This document shows, piece after piece, positions 38,701-47,993 of a DNA stretch of 51,331 bases; the first letter of the stretch is position 1, and each line of letters opens with the position of its first letter. Below the pieces are notes generated by a model that saw nothing but the letters and a program-made list of their open reading frames with translations, was not told the DNA's origin and ran no database searches. The position numbers and the translations under genes were made by a program. The stretch spans positions 1-51,331 of the forward strand of contig CALVNK010000002.1 of assembly GCA_944349615.1 (NCBI GenBank), in the 5' to 3' direction. Source of the stretch: an uncultured Clostridia bacterium. Its GTDB lineage: Bacteria > Bacillota > Clostridia > Christensenellales > UBA1242.

Positions 38701-41177
38701 ACAAAATTCTAGAAATTTATCAATATGACATTTCATCAACATTGCTTCCATCAGCTTATGATAAAAGCGATAAAAATAAAGAACATTCTTTAGAAAATAT
38801 TGCGTTAAATCTTGCAAAGGCAGACATTGTATCTATGCTTACAAACATAGCATCGCAGACTAACGACAAGATTAAAGTTGATGATAAAGAATATTCTATT
38901 GATGATATTGTCAAAATGGATATAAAGTCAATTAAATCAACTTTTAATATTTATTCAAAAATTATAGATGGAAAAGATGTAATTGTTGTAAATGATCAAG
39001 AATATAGCAACAATGTGACTGATGTTAAAAATGCTCTTGACTTTTTAGCACTGAATAACCAGTTTGAACAGGCTTATATTTCAAAAGTTGATAAGATCCC
39101 TTTTGACACCATAATTGATCAATTAAAACAACTTAATACTTATCCAAGTACAACTGATATAGATTATTTCAATAAAATGATATTAGATGCACCTTTTTTA
39201 ACAAGTCTTAACGATGATTTAAAAGTTAAATTGATAAATATTAGTTATGGACTAGATACTTTAAAAGCAAAATATGACTATCTTATAAAAAATAGAGATG
39301 AATTAAAAAATGATAATGAATTAATGCCTCAAATTCAACAAACTATAAATAATGCAAGAAAAATTATAAGATCTGTAATATATGAGTACTCACATGATTT
39401 AGTTGAACAAACTTCCACCATAAAATCACTAAAAGATCGCGGAAGACATAAAAATAAAATTGATATGATGGCTTCAAGACATAAAATGTATTCTACTATA
39501 GAAAAATATGAGCATGTTGATGAAGTTTTTGGTTTCTTTGTAGATAAAAATATTAATATTGATAAATTTAGAGACCAATATAATTCTCTACTAGATGAGT
39601 ATACAAAAGATGGTAAAACTGTTAGCGCAGGAGAAATAGTAAAACAAACATTGTCTACCTTGATCGGAGACACAAACTCAATAAACGGCCAAACATTTGA
39701 CGAGATTGTAGATACTTTAAAAGATGAAAATGGAATAGTGGACTTTGACAAACTTTCAAATTTTGCACAAAGCGTATTTGATGCAATTGATATGCAATCA
39801 CAATATAAACTTAAATCTCGAGTTCAAAATCATGACGAAAATTTTGTGAATGATGAATATAGGACGCAAAGAAAAGCATTTTTTGATCCTAAGCAACCTT
39901 CTGCTGAAAATATGATGCAAGTTATTATTGAATCAGGTCTTGCTGATATGGACGACATAGTAAGCGCCTTTACAAATCCAGATCTAGAGAAAGGTTTGAA
40001 AGATTTATTGAAAAAATGTGGTTTAAGTAGTGATCAAGTCGATTCGGTCATCAACGCTAAATTTCTTAACACCAAAACACCTTACAAAATGTTCAATTCA
40101 GCACAGCGTAGGTATATAAATTTGAAAAACAGCCTTGCAAAACTAAGAGAACTTGAAGAAAAATATAATGATGCAATAAATGAGCTTACTACTACTGGTA
40201 ATCTTGAAGCATTTAAAAAACTTGACGTTAAAGAATGTGCAAAATATGGCATCAAAATTGATAGGATTTTAAGTGCCATTGAAAAACATAAAAAAGATGG
40301 AACTGAAATCAAACTAGATGATGCTAAAATTGCAAAAGATATTGAAAATAATTTGACATCATTTAGATTAGAGAAAAATGCACTTGCGTTCAATATTGAA
40401 AATCAAAACAAAATTCTCAATTCAACAACTGAAAGAGATGCTCGCTTTGAGCAAGCTAAACTTGATCTTGATGTTTATGAACAGCATGCTGAAGCTTACT
40501 CAGGCAGACTTGAACAAATTACAAAAGTATTCCAAAATCTTGCAGTAACACCTAGTATGGCAAAGCAGTTTATGGAAGCAGTTGCAATCGGAAATATACA
40601 AGAATTTGCCACAAACAACTCTCACATACAAGGTATAGCAGATTTAGAAAACATGACTCAAGCAGAAATTGATAGATATCAATCTTTAGGACTAAGTTTC
40701 AAAGAATTGGAAAAGATTGCAAAATCTTTAAAAGAAGATAAAAATGCTAAAATTTCTGAAAAGAAGATGAAAAAGGCTTTACAAGATCTTGCTCAATTCA
40801 ATCAAGCCCAACAGGAAAATATAAACAAACAAAAACAGATAAAAGAACAAAAGATTAAAAAACAAAGCAAAAAAATCAAAGAACAAGAAAAAGAAGATAA
40901 TACAGATAAACTCGAACGTAAAGATAAGAACAGTTTCCTTGCAAAACTTTTCAACTTTAAAAATGCTACAAAAGAAAAACTTAAAGATGAAAAGGAAAAA
41001 ACGCAAAAACGCGAAGAAGAAAGAGCTAAAGAAGAAAGAGAACGCGAAGAAGCCGATAAACGAGCAAAAGAAACTGAAGAAAAGAGAGAAAAAGGCGAAG
41101 AAGGAGAAGAAGCTTCTCATGACGCTAAGCCTGAAGAGGAAGAAACACGTGAAAGCAATCCAGAAGATGCCATTTAA
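35751..41177 (+). CDS. Giant (1808 aa) chimeric protein: globular N-domain, collagen-like (GPT)n tract, Gly-rich TM hairpin, ~1240-aa helical region, K/E-rich tail
   Basis: Start at ATG 35751 (MPRKYGLTG) behind GAGGAG. 15 consecutive GPT codon triplets run from 36885 and then degenerate into E/D/S-P-T units. Hydrophobic [42 protein letters not shown] at 37311-37443. The C-terminal tail is [41 protein letters not shown]. Confidence 0.8.
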   Translation: MPRKYGLTGKYPVTVSNKISTRFGDEEVKFVQNVQMNLDSQNLFELNEANNDGSKSNATSPTLTINVDKDNVYSVSFSEAVASQFEKQFKELGIDDDHLKAIIDDRKLQIDSNDSAISVESKNNEFIVTVKSKDGKEYTLVANSTGVKLDYGEHKFAYSLGKDKHLDVNMHRDFATSMLKQEKPFAEITAKEKQDRVRSIPHYIIYEYCQGFKNKDVNMQSPTTIGDFTFYRAQLDPDKQGSSITDYVFIKDEKTKQVFLYGNGGLNECKNYFFTQDKNGKLSLDINFRQGGKTTEIDCQNPKFKEFFHNFTQINLPQAGASDKAGNVFEKISTLDIDGQKYDVYHNNPTATLNTRFSYTQKKYEQESIVADEDEINIGPTGPTGPTGPTGPTGPTGPTGPTGPTGPTGPTGPTGPTGPTGPTEPTGPTGPTDPTGPIGPTGSTDPIIHTDPTEPTDPIIHTDPTEPTDPTGPTGPTGAEEINNTEKQDQSTENKPHYKKVTKVKPGRTVGKETSYKYQAEAIGMSMGMIGLFLGILAPFLGPVVLFVGLGLTLGGVGLGVLADKLEFKPYNIAEKTITKYEKLEEEEKDLEKEMEKSASKFIDGEEKLDSLEIENQGLAQDVMQFADNAGDRYHPLPDFIEQVNTFAPISHPKDENGNVIVSNIDYLDKENLQYRQALIAELKRINLMPEDEAIRTRGLGKNKETLPTNKELKQQAIESFKQQFYITDMSQDDRKKVSDTIEGLFAKPQLLAEFVDTAEKYNSAQESENTLLQSQRKEIAGMDNKMLDKIYNNSRSNAQRRAKLDERHATAIIRSRAINNKLNTQENQELLNLVPEEEREIHAQYFANASQQLENEVNEIKEIAKDNVERIAIVEMLPKYIESIQEDNSNYATKLQAQEATLDYLYTYTQNYYADDEITSFFKDLRQTNYVTPSKTVLGPKTYDAFDKIRESGNLILDDLLNVEETSKIKNQIFNFIDDKYADKILEIYQYDISSTLLPSAYDKSDKNKEHSLENIALNLAKADIVSMLTNIASQTNDKIKVDDKEYSIDDIVKMDIKSIKSTFNIYSKIIDGKDVIVVNDQEYSNNVTDVKNALDFLALNNQFEQAYISKVDKIPFDTIIDQLKQLNTYPSTTDIDYFNKMILDAPFLTSLNDDLKVKLINISYGLDTLKAKYDYLIKNRDELKNDNELMPQIQQTINNARKIIRSVIYEYSHDLVEQTSTIKSLKDRGRHKNKIDMMASRHKMYSTIEKYEHVDEVFGFFVDKNINIDKFRDQYNSLLDEYTKDGKTVSAGEIVKQTLSTLIGDTNSINGQTFDEIVDTLKDENGIVDFDKLSNFAQSVFDAIDMQSQYKLKSRVQNHDENFVNDEYRTQRKAFFDPKQPSAENMMQVIIESGLADMDDIVSAFTNPDLEKGLKDLLKKCGLSSDQVDSVINAKFLNTKTPYKMFNSAQRRYINLKNSLAKLRELEEKYNDAINELTTTGNLEAFKKLDVKECAKYGIKIDRILSAIEKHKKDGTEIKLDDAKIAKDIENNLTSFRLEKNALAFNIENQNKILNSTTERDARFEQAKLDLDVYEQHAEAYSGRLEQITKVFQNLAVTPSMAKQFMEAVAIGNIQEFATNNSHIQGIADLENMTQAEIDRYQSLGLSFKELEKIAKSLKEDKNAKISEKKMKKALQDLAQFNQAQQENINKQKQIKEQKIKKQSKKIKEQEKEDNTDKLERKDKNSFLAKLFNFKNATKEKLKDEKEKTQKREEERAKEEREREEADKRAKETEEKREKGEEGEEASHDAKPEEEETRESNPEDAI
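36885..37184 (+). repeat. 9-bp tandem repeat (GGN CCT ACN)n with decayed 3' units and an internal 42-bp duplication
   Basis: Direct reading: ggtcctactggacctactggaccaacc... The unit gatcctattattcataccgatcctactgagcctact occurs twice in tandem ([12 protein letters not shown] x2). Confidence 0.9.
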
Positions 41178-41207
41178 AGATATGCGCAACTAGAAGATTT
41201 TTCGAAA

Positions 41208-41245
41208 ACGAGAGTAGTGATAAAAACTACTCTTGTTTTTTTATT
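41208..41245 (+). terminator. Rho-independent terminator
   Basis: ACGAGAGTAGT-GATAAAA-ACTACTCTTGT (11-bp stem) followed by TTTTTTT. Confidence 0.8.
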
Positions 41246-41506
41246 TTTTTAAAATACCATATATTAAATGCATCAAATTAATTGTTAATTAAAATTATTG
41301 TTTATATTTTAAAATTTAAAAATTCAAAAAAAATATTTTAAAAATCTTTAAAAATCTATTTAAAAAATATATAATATTTGATATAATAATGCTAGATTTC
41401 TTATCTACAATTTTTTTATGTTTTAAAGAAAAAATTATAAAAATTAAGAAAAATTTGTCGAATTTAAAAAATTAAAAAAAATTACTTAAAAAAGGATAAA
41501 AATTTT

Positions 41507-42601
41507 ATGAAAATCGGAGTTGTTGGATTGCCAAATGTTGGCAAAAGTACACTATTTAATGCTATCACTAATGCAGGAGCAGAGAGTGCTAACTACCCTT
41601 TTTGTACAATAGAACCAAATGTTGGTATTGTCGATGTACCAGATGCACGCCTTGAAACTCTTGGCAAGCTTTATAACACCCAAAAAATCACCCCTGCAAG
41701 TATTGAATTTGTTGATATTGCAGGGCTTGTTGCAGGAGCAAGTAAAGGAGAAGGACTCGGCAACAAATTTTTGAGTCATATCCGCGAAGTAGATGCAATT
41801 GTACATGTTGTAAGATGCTTTCAAAATGAAAAAATTATCCATGTCAATGGCTCGGTTGATCCTATACGAGATATTGAAATTATCAACCTTGAACTTGCAC
41901 TTGCCGATCTTGAACAAGTAAGCAAAATCTACGAAAAAAATGCAAAACTTGTAAAAACTGGTGATAAGAGCTTAATTCAGTCGGTCAACTTAACCGAAAG
42001 AATTAAAAATGCCCTAGAAAACAACCTGCCTGCAAGAAGTGTGACTATTGAAGGCGAAGAAGAAGTCAAAATTATGAAAAATTTACAACTTCTCACGGCA
42101 AAACCTGTAATATATGTCGCAAATATAAGCGAAGACGACATCGGAAAAGAAGATAATGACATGGTGAGAAAAGTAAAAGATTATGCTCAAAAAGAAGGCG
42201 CTAAGGCAATTGTGCTTTCTGCTAAGATTGAGGAAGAACTTGCCGGGCTTGACAAGGAAGAGCGTGAGGCGTTTAAAGAAGAACTTGGTATAAAAGAGAG
42301 TGGTCTTGAAAAACTTATAAGTGCAAGTTATGATTTGCTTGGTCTTATGTCATTCCTGACGGCAGGCGAAAAGGAAGTTCGCGCTTGGACTATAAAAAAA
42401 GGGACAAAGGCTCCGCAAGCCGCTGGCAAAATTCACACTGACTTTGAGAAAGGCTTTATTAAGGCTGAAGTCGTATCATACAGTGACCTGATTGAAGCTG
42501 GATCATTTTTGAAGGCAAAAGAAAAAGGTAAGGTAAGAATTGAAGGCAAAGATTATGTCGTACAAGATGGCGATGTAATGCTGTTTAGATTTAACAACTA
42601 A
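41507..42601 (+). CDS. ychF: Ribosome-binding ATPase YchF (Obg-like)
   Basis: MKIGVVGLPNVGKSTLFNA, DIAGLVAGASKGEGLGN, and a C-terminal TGS-like domain with GDVMLFRFN. 364 aa. Confidence 0.96.
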   Translation: MKIGVVGLPNVGKSTLFNAITNAGAESANYPFCTIEPNVGIVDVPDARLETLGKLYNTQKITPASIEFVDIAGLVAGASKGEGLGNKFLSHIREVDAIVHVVRCFQNEKIIHVNGSVDPIRDIEIINLELALADLEQVSKIYEKNAKLVKTGDKSLIQSVNLTERIKNALENNLPARSVTIEGEEEVKIMKNLQLLTAKPVIYVANISEDDIGKEDNDMVRKVKDYAQKEGAKAIVLSAKIEEELAGLDKEEREAFKEELGIKESGLEKLISASYDLLGLMSFLTAGEKEVRAWTIKKGTKAPQAAGKIHTDFEKGFIKAEVVSYSDLIEAGSFLKAKEKGKVRIEGKDYVVQDGDVMLFRFNN

Positions 42602-42714
42602 GTTGTAAAATTTTTAAAGTTTAGGCATTTATTTAAGTTGTATTATTTTAAATAAATTTCAAAAACCATAAAAAGAAAATTAGCCTTAATAATAAGTTAA
42701 AGAAAAGGAAAAAA

Positions 42715-43104
42715 ATGGAGAATAAAAAATCGTTACTTGAAAAATTATTAAAGACAAATCTTCTTCCACTTGCATTTTTAGGAGATAGTGTCCACACCCT
42801 TTTTGTACGCGAGAACAGCCTTTTGAAAGATGATGCTAAAATGGCAAGCTATAATAGTTTTTCGTCATCAAAATGCAAGGCACAAAACCAGGCAAATACT
42901 TTAAAAAAAATTATAGATAGATTATATGAAGATGAGCTTGAGATTGTAAGGCGTGCAAGAAATGCAAAGCCAAAGCATCATGCCAAAAATTCTACAAGTG
43001 CTGACTATTCTTTCGCTACAGCCTATGAAGCACTAATTGGATATCTATACTTAAAGGAAGATCAAGATAGACTGATTGAATTTTTAAATAGTTCTTTAGA
43101 ATAA
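42715..43104 (+). CDS. mrnC: Mini-ribonuclease 3
   Basis: LAFLGDSVHTLFVRE and ATAYEALIGYLYL are RNase III-like catalytic motifs in a ~130-aa protein. Conserved position upstream of rlmB-sigH. Confidence 0.85.
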   Translation: MENKKSLLEKLLKTNLLPLAFLGDSVHTLFVRENSLLKDDAKMASYNSFSSSKCKAQNQANTLKKIIDRLYEDELEIVRRARNAKPKHHAKNSTSADYSFATAYEALIGYLYLKEDQDRLIEFLNSSLE

Positions 43105-43209
43105 AATTTAGATTGATTGTTAAAACAAATTGAATTAAATATTTATCCTTACATTATTTTTTAAAAAATTCTATAAAATATGCAAGAAAAATGTCGAAAA
43201 AGGAAAATT

Positions 43210-43935
43210 ATGTATATTGAAGGAAAAAATGCGGTAGTAAGTGCCATTAAAAATCAAAAAACTATCAATAAAATTTTAGTTGATAAAAATTTTTCATCTA
43301 GAAAGGATGAAATTATTTCTCTCGCTAGGCAAAATAAAATCAAAATCGAATTTCTGCCTAGAAATATCTTAGATAAAAAATCACAGACTTCTCATCATCA
43401 GGGCTATATTGCCGAGAGCGTTGATTTTGAATATTCAAGCATAGACGATATTTTAAGTAAAGCGAAATCAAGAAATGAAGCCCCTTTTATAGTAATACTT
43501 GACTGCATTCAAGATCCACACAATTTTGGTGCAATCATTAGAAGTTGCGAATGCGCTGGAGTACATGGTATTATCATTCAAAAAGATAGGCAGGTACAAG
43601 TCAACGAAACTGTCATTAAAACGAGTGCAGGAGCTGTCAGCAATATGCTTATATCACGCGTGACAAATCTAAAAGAGGCTATAAAAAAATTGCAAGACAA
43701 TGATGTTTGGATATATGGCACTGACGCAAGTGGCGAAAATGTATATAACTCTTCTTGTAACCAAAGTATTGCTCTCATTATCGGCTCTGAAGGAGATGGT
43801 ATAAGAAAGACAATCTTAGACAAATGTGACAAGGTTTTATCACTTGAGATGAAAGGAACAGTCAATTCTCTCAATGCATCGGTTGCTTGCGGTGTTTTTC
43901 TATTTGAAATTTTAAGACAAAGGAGCCTTAAATGA
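43210..43935 (+). CDS. rlmB: 23S rRNA (guanosine-2'-O)-methyltransferase RlmB (SpoU/TrmH family)
   Basis: Start moved to ATG 43210 (MYIEGKNAV) behind AAAAGGAAA. DPHNFGAIIRS, LIIGSEGDGIR and SLNASVACGVFLFE are SpoU motifs. Confidence 0.88.
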   Translation: MYIEGKNAVVSAIKNQKTINKILVDKNFSSRKDEIISLARQNKIKIEFLPRNILDKKSQTSHHQGYIAESVDFEYSSIDDILSKAKSRNEAPFIVILDCIQDPHNFGAIIRSCECAGVHGIIIQKDRQVQVNETVIKTSAGAVSNMLISRVTNLKEAIKKLQDNDVWIYGTDASGENVYNSSCNQSIALIIGSEGDGIRKTILDKCDKVLSLEMKGTVNSLNASVACGVFLFEILRQRSLK

Positions 43936-44522
43936 ACGATGAAAAACTTATAGAACTTGCACAAAATGGCGATGGCAATGCTGTCAACACCCTACTTATA
44001 AAATATAAGTCACTTGCAAGTAAAATCGCCAGAAGTTACTTTTTGACAGGTGGAGATATCGAAGATATCATTCAAGAAGGTATGATCGGCTTGTATAAAG
44101 CAATTATGCACTTTAATACAAGTAAAAACGCATCTTTTACAACTTTTGCGTCAATTTGTATAAAAAATCAAATTCAAAGTGCCATAAAAGTTGCAAGTTC
44201 AGATAAAAATAAAGCACTATCCTCTGCCCTGCCTATTGCAGAACAAGTGGATGATGACGATGAAGACGGAGAAGTTGAAATTATAATTCCTTCACTTTTA
44301 CCATCACCTGATGATAAGGTCATCTCAAAAGAACATTTGAAGGAAATTGCAACCATTATCAAAAAAACCTTAAGTGATATGGAATACAAAGTTCTTTATC
44401 TATACCTTAAGGGTTACAATTACGATGAAATATCAAAAGCAAGTGGCTTAAACAAAAAAAGCATTGACAATGCACTGACAAGAATAAAAAGTAAACTCGC
44501 GTTTTTGAAAGATGAATATTAA
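43932..44522 (+). CDS. sigH: RNA polymerase sigma factor SigH-like (sigma-70 family)
   Basis: ARSYFLTGGDIEDIIQEGMIGLYKAI..SFTTFASICIKNQI...LSDMEYKVLYLYLKGYNYDEIS...KSIDNALTRIKSKL is colinear with Bacillus SigH. ATGA overlap with rlmB. Confidence 0.85.
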   Translation: MNDEKLIELAQNGDGNAVNTLLIKYKSLASKIARSYFLTGGDIEDIIQEGMIGLYKAIMHFNTSKNASFTTFASICIKNQIQSAIKVASSDKNKALSSALPIAEQVDDDDEDGEVEIIIPSLLPSPDDKVISKEHLKEIATIIKKTLSDMEYKVLYLYLKGYNYDEISKASGLNKKSIDNALTRIKSKLAFLKDEY

Positions 44523-44580
44523 TGTTTTAGCAAAAAAATAGCAAAATGTACAAAAATCAAAGCAAAAGCCTTTGTATTAT

Positions 44581-44608
44581 TTGAAATAAATTAAAGATAT
44601 GATATAAT
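44581..44608 (+). promoter_or_regulatory. Sigma-70-type promoter candidate for metG
   Basis: TTGAAA, 16 nt spacer, TGaTATAAT. The leader is too short for a T-box. Confidence 0.5.
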
Positions 44609-44629
44609 CACACGCATAAGGAGCGAATT

Positions 44630-46642
44630 ATGAACGAGAATTTTACAAGACCAAGACCAAGTTTTCCGAAAAAAGCAGTGGTAACTTCAGGTATGCCTTA
44701 CGGCAACAAACTTCTGCATATAGGACATTTAGGAATGACTATAAGAGCGGACATCTATGCCAGATTTTTGCGTGATCGAATTGGCAAAGATAATGTGATA
44801 TATGTTTCGGGTACGGACTGCTATGGCTCACCTGCTGTTGAATCTTTTAGAAAATTTCAAGAGGAAGGAAATTGCCCTTTTGAAAATATATCCCAGTATG
44901 TAGAGCATAACCATGTCCTGCAAAAGCAAATTTTTGATAAATTCAATATCAGTTTCAATCTTTACGGAGCAAGTGCTCTTGGCAGAAGCGGACAAATTCA
45001 TAACGAAGTTGGAAAATGGTTTGTAGAAAAACTTGCAAAGGCGAATATGCTTTCTGTTCATTCTTCATGGCAATTTTATGATGAAAAGCATGGATGCCTA
45101 TTAAACGGCAGACAGGTTGTAGGCAAATGTCCTATTGAAAACTGCCAAAGTGAAAAGGGATATGCTGATGAATGTGATTTAGGGCATCAATATCTTCCAC
45201 AAGATTTAATAGATCCAGTAAGCACCTTGAGTGGTGAAAAGCCAAAGCTTGTTAAGATTGAAAATCTATACTTTGACCTAGAAAAATGTACTGAAATCTT
45301 AAATGAATGGATAAATTCAATTGATAGACAATCAGACACCTGCAAGTTTATGGTAAAAGAAATAAGAGAGTTCTTTAAAAAACCAGAAATATATATCAAA
45401 CGCGAATATTTTGATAAATTCGACGCTATAAAAGACTCCCTGCCTGCTTTTGAAAAACTTGCGACAAACGAAAAAGCACCAAGTATGACTATAGTGTTTG
45501 ATAAGCTTGAAATGCGTGAGAAAGCCTGCGAAATTTTAGCACAAAACAATATAAGATATCGTACAGGCAAGACTCTTACTCCATTTAGACTTACTGGAGA
45601 TATCGCATGGGGCGCACCTTGTCCTGATATGTATGGACTTAAAAATCAAACTTTCTACGTTTGGCCAGAAAGTCTTTGGGCGCCAATTTCCTTCAGCAAA
45701 GCATATCTTGAACAAATCGGCAAAGATGAAAATGAATGGAAAAAATATTGGTGCAGTGATGATGGACAAGTGTATCAATTCTTAGGCGAAGATAACATCT
45801 ATTTCTATGGTCCAGCACAGCAGGCAATGTGGCTTTATACTCAAGGCGAAAACCCTATTCTCCATCCAGATGGTGACAATCTACGAATTACAAAAATCAA
45901 TCCTATTAAATCCATCTTATATATGGATAAAAAGGCAAGTTCGTCAGGACAAATCAAGCCACCTATGGCAGAAGAGTTCTTAAAATACTATACCCCTGAG
46001 CAAGTGCGAATTCATTTCCTTGCAATGAATCTTGGAAGCAATAATGTATCCTTAAATCCTCAAGCATTCGATCCAGACGCAGATAAAAATGAAATCGATC
46101 CGATGACAAGCGAGGGCAATCTATTGACCAATGTTTACAATAGAATTTTGCGTACCATCTTCTATTCGACGCAAAAGCACTTTGATGGTGTAATTCCTGA
46201 TGGCGTTGTAAATGATGATATAAGAGAAATTTGCAAAAAAGCAATTCTTGACTATGAAAGATTTATGCAAGATAAAAAATTCCATCAAGCGTATGGCACA
46301 ATTGATGTATTTATTCGAAATATAAATAAGTACTGGGTAAAAGAAATCGCAAACGCAGTGACCGAAGAAAGCCTTGCAAAACTTACTGTAAATACTATGC
46401 AAATGATTTTTACTGCAAACGCCCTGCTTCATCCTATAGCACCTGTAGGCACTGAAAATGTCGCCGATTACATAGGACTTGACAAAAATCTTTGTTTCGA
46501 TTGGCAATATATATTTGATGATTTTTATAAAGTACTTGACAAAACAAAATCAAGAAATTTAAAATTTCTAAAAGAAAAAGAAGATTTCTTCAAACGAAGT
46601 CAATATCAACTTGACTTGCTTGCTAAAAATAATAATGATTAA
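44630..46642 (+). CDS. metG: Methionine--tRNA ligase, atypical (KMSKS position reads KASSS)
   Basis: PYGNKLLHIGHL (HIGH), a CPIENC..ECDLGH knuckle insert, YVWPESLWAP, and DKKASSSGQ aligned to G-K-K-M-S-K-S-x-G, followed by YYTPEQVRIHFL (anticodon-domain start). 670 aa. Confidence 0.85.
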   Translation: MNENFTRPRPSFPKKAVVTSGMPYGNKLLHIGHLGMTIRADIYARFLRDRIGKDNVIYVSGTDCYGSPAVESFRKFQEEGNCPFENISQYVEHNHVLQKQIFDKFNISFNLYGASALGRSGQIHNEVGKWFVEKLAKANMLSVHSSWQFYDEKHGCLLNGRQVVGKCPIENCQSEKGYADECDLGHQYLPQDLIDPVSTLSGEKPKLVKIENLYFDLEKCTEILNEWINSIDRQSDTCKFMVKEIREFFKKPEIYIKREYFDKFDAIKDSLPAFEKLATNEKAPSMTIVFDKLEMREKACEILAQNNIRYRTGKTLTPFRLTGDIAWGAPCPDMYGLKNQTFYVWPESLWAPISFSKAYLEQIGKDENEWKKYWCSDDGQVYQFLGEDNIYFYGPAQQAMWLYTQGENPILHPDGDNLRITKINPIKSILYMDKKASSSGQIKPPMAEEFLKYYTPEQVRIHFLAMNLGSNNVSLNPQAFDPDADKNEIDPMTSEGNLLTNVYNRILRTIFYSTQKHFDGVIPDGVVNDDIREICKKAILDYERFMQDKKFHQAYGTIDVFIRNINKYWVKEIANAVTEESLAKLTVNTMQMIFTANALLHPIAPVGTENVADYIGLDKNLCFDWQYIFDDFYKVLDKTKSRNLKFLKEKEDFFKRSQYQLDLLAKNNND

Positions 46643-46652
46643 TTTCTCAAAA

Positions 46653-46698
46653 AAAGATAGTTGTCTATGCTTAGTATAAAAAACAACTATCTTTTTTA
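46653..46698 (+). terminator. Rho-independent terminator
   Basis: AAGATAGTTGT-18 nt loop-ACAACTATCTT followed by TTTT. Confidence 0.65.
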
Positions 46699-46922
46699 TT
46701 CTGTAAATTTTTGCGTTTTATCGTGATTTTTTGATATCGACCCACCTCTTAACTATGACAAGAGAGGATTGGAAAATTCTCAGAAATAATACAAATCTAT
46801 TTCAACCTTTACATCGTATATTTTTTGATTTTAAAAAAAATATATAAAACTTTGGAAATTTTTAAATTATAATTGACAATTATTATCTAGATTTGATATT
46901 CTATGTTTAGGGAGGAACAACT

Positions 46923-47174
46923 ATGAAAAAATTTATTATAACAACTATCGTTTTGCTTTCAGTTGGACTTGCAATGGTTCTTGTAGGAAGTATACTTCAA
47001 GGTATCAACTGGTCAACAGCAGACTTTAATGGTGACCCTTTTGCAAGTGCACTAACTACAATCGGTTATCTTGTTGCAGTTTTAAGTGGCGTTGTGTTGA
47101 CAGGACTTGGAGTATCAACTGCCATTCTTGGCAATTGCAAAAAAGAAAATGAAAAAAAAGATGATGAAAAGTAA
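46923..47174 (+). CDS. Small two-TM membrane protein (83 aa)
   Basis: RBS TAGGGAGGAA. TTGACA-17-TATTCT promoter upstream. Two hydrophobic helices and a KKENEKKDDEK tail. Confidence 0.65.
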   Translation: MKKFIITTIVLLSVGLAMVLVGSILQGINWSTADFNGDPFASALTTIGYLVAVLSGVVLTGLGVSTAILGNCKKENEKKDDEK

Positions 47175-47183
47175 AGCATCTAG

Positions 47184-47213
47184 AAAAATCCTTCTACATT
47201 GAAGGATTTTTTT
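47184..47213 (+). terminator. Rho-independent terminator
   Basis: AAAAATCCTTC-TACATT-GAAGGATTTTT followed by TT. Confidence 0.8.
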
Positions 47214-47256
47214 ATATGTAAATCATCAAACATTTAGTAAAAGCAGAAAATTTAAA

Positions 47257-47283
47257 CAAAAAAAAGACCAACAAAGTTGGCCT
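47257..47283 (-). terminator. Rho-independent terminator closing the tRNA-fMet/repeat locus
   Basis: On the minus strand: AGGCCAAC-TTT-GTTGGTCT followed by T8. Confidence 0.65.
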
Positions 47284-47351
47284 CAAACGGAATAACAACA
47301 AAATCAACACCATATTTAAAAGTTGCAAAATTGTTATATCCGTTTTTTTAA

Positions 47352-47776
47352 TGGTTGCGGGAGTTGGATTTGAACCAACGACCGAATACGAGATTATATC
47401 TTCGCTCTGCTTCGATATATCCCTTCGGTCGCATTAAACAATAATCTTCTACTTGTTATTTTTTGAACCAACGACCGAATACGAGATTATATCTTCGCTC
47501 TGCTTCGATATATCCCTTCGGTCGTTACTAAAAAAGGTTAAGATATTATCCTAACCTATAACTTGGCTCTAGGGAGTTGGATTTGAACCAACGACCGAAT
47601 ACGAGATTATATCTTCGCTCTGCTTCGATATATCCCTTCGGTCACATTAAACAATAATCTTTCACTTAGTTATTTTGACCTAACGACCGAATACGAGATT
47701 ATATCTCCGCTTCGCTTCGATATATCCCTTCGGTCGTTACTAAAAAAGGCTAGGATATTATCCTAACCTATAAACT
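47352..47776 (-). repeat. Tandem 212-bp array (2 units) of tRNA-fMet 3'-fragments fused to a conserved 51-nt hairpin, each unit ending in a terminator
   Basis: 47352-47383 is identical to the 3' 32 nt of the tRNA (47777-47808). Hairpin copies GACCGAA..TTCGGTC lie at 47380-47430, 47473-47523, 47593-47643 and 47685-47735. Terminator hairpins lie at 47530-47557 and 47742-47769. Period is 212-213 bp. Confidence 0.9.
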
Positions 47777-47853
47777 TGGTTGCGGGAGTTGGATTTGAAC
47801 CAACGACCTTCGGGTTATGAGCCCGACGAGCTTCCGGACTGCTCTATCCCGCG
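47777..47853 (-). tRNA. Initiator tRNA-fMet (anticodon CAT), encoded CCA
   Basis: CGCGGGATAGAGCAGTCCGGAAGCTCGTCGGGCTCATAACCCGAAGGTCGTTGGTTCAAATCCAACTCCCGCAACCA. Shows the C1-A72 mismatch, A11:U24, and three G-C pairs closing the anticodon stem, all initiator hallmarks. Confidence 0.95.
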
Positions 47854-47888
47854 ACATACTTTAGCAAGTTTTCTTTGCTTGCTATAAT

Positions 47889-47917
47889 AGTATATGCCTA
47901 TTTTTATACTTTGTCAA
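47889..47917 (-). promoter_or_regulatory. Sigma-70 promoter for tRNA-fMet
   Basis: On the minus strand: TTGACA, 17 nt spacer, TATACT, about 35 nt upstream of the mature 5' end. Confidence 0.6.
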
Positions 47918-47993
47918 TAGTTTTTTATAAATTTTTTATAAATTTATTTTTTTAATGGACTTGAATTTTAATCAAAAAATCTCAACTTGAGCT

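Noticed and set aside
47352-47776. A CRISPR array, because of regularly spaced repeats.
   Set aside because: The intervening sequences are themselves repeated (two alternating spacers, each present twice). The repeat is a tRNA fragment plus hairpin, the period is 212 bp, and there are no cas genes. It is a tandem duplication, not a CRISPR.
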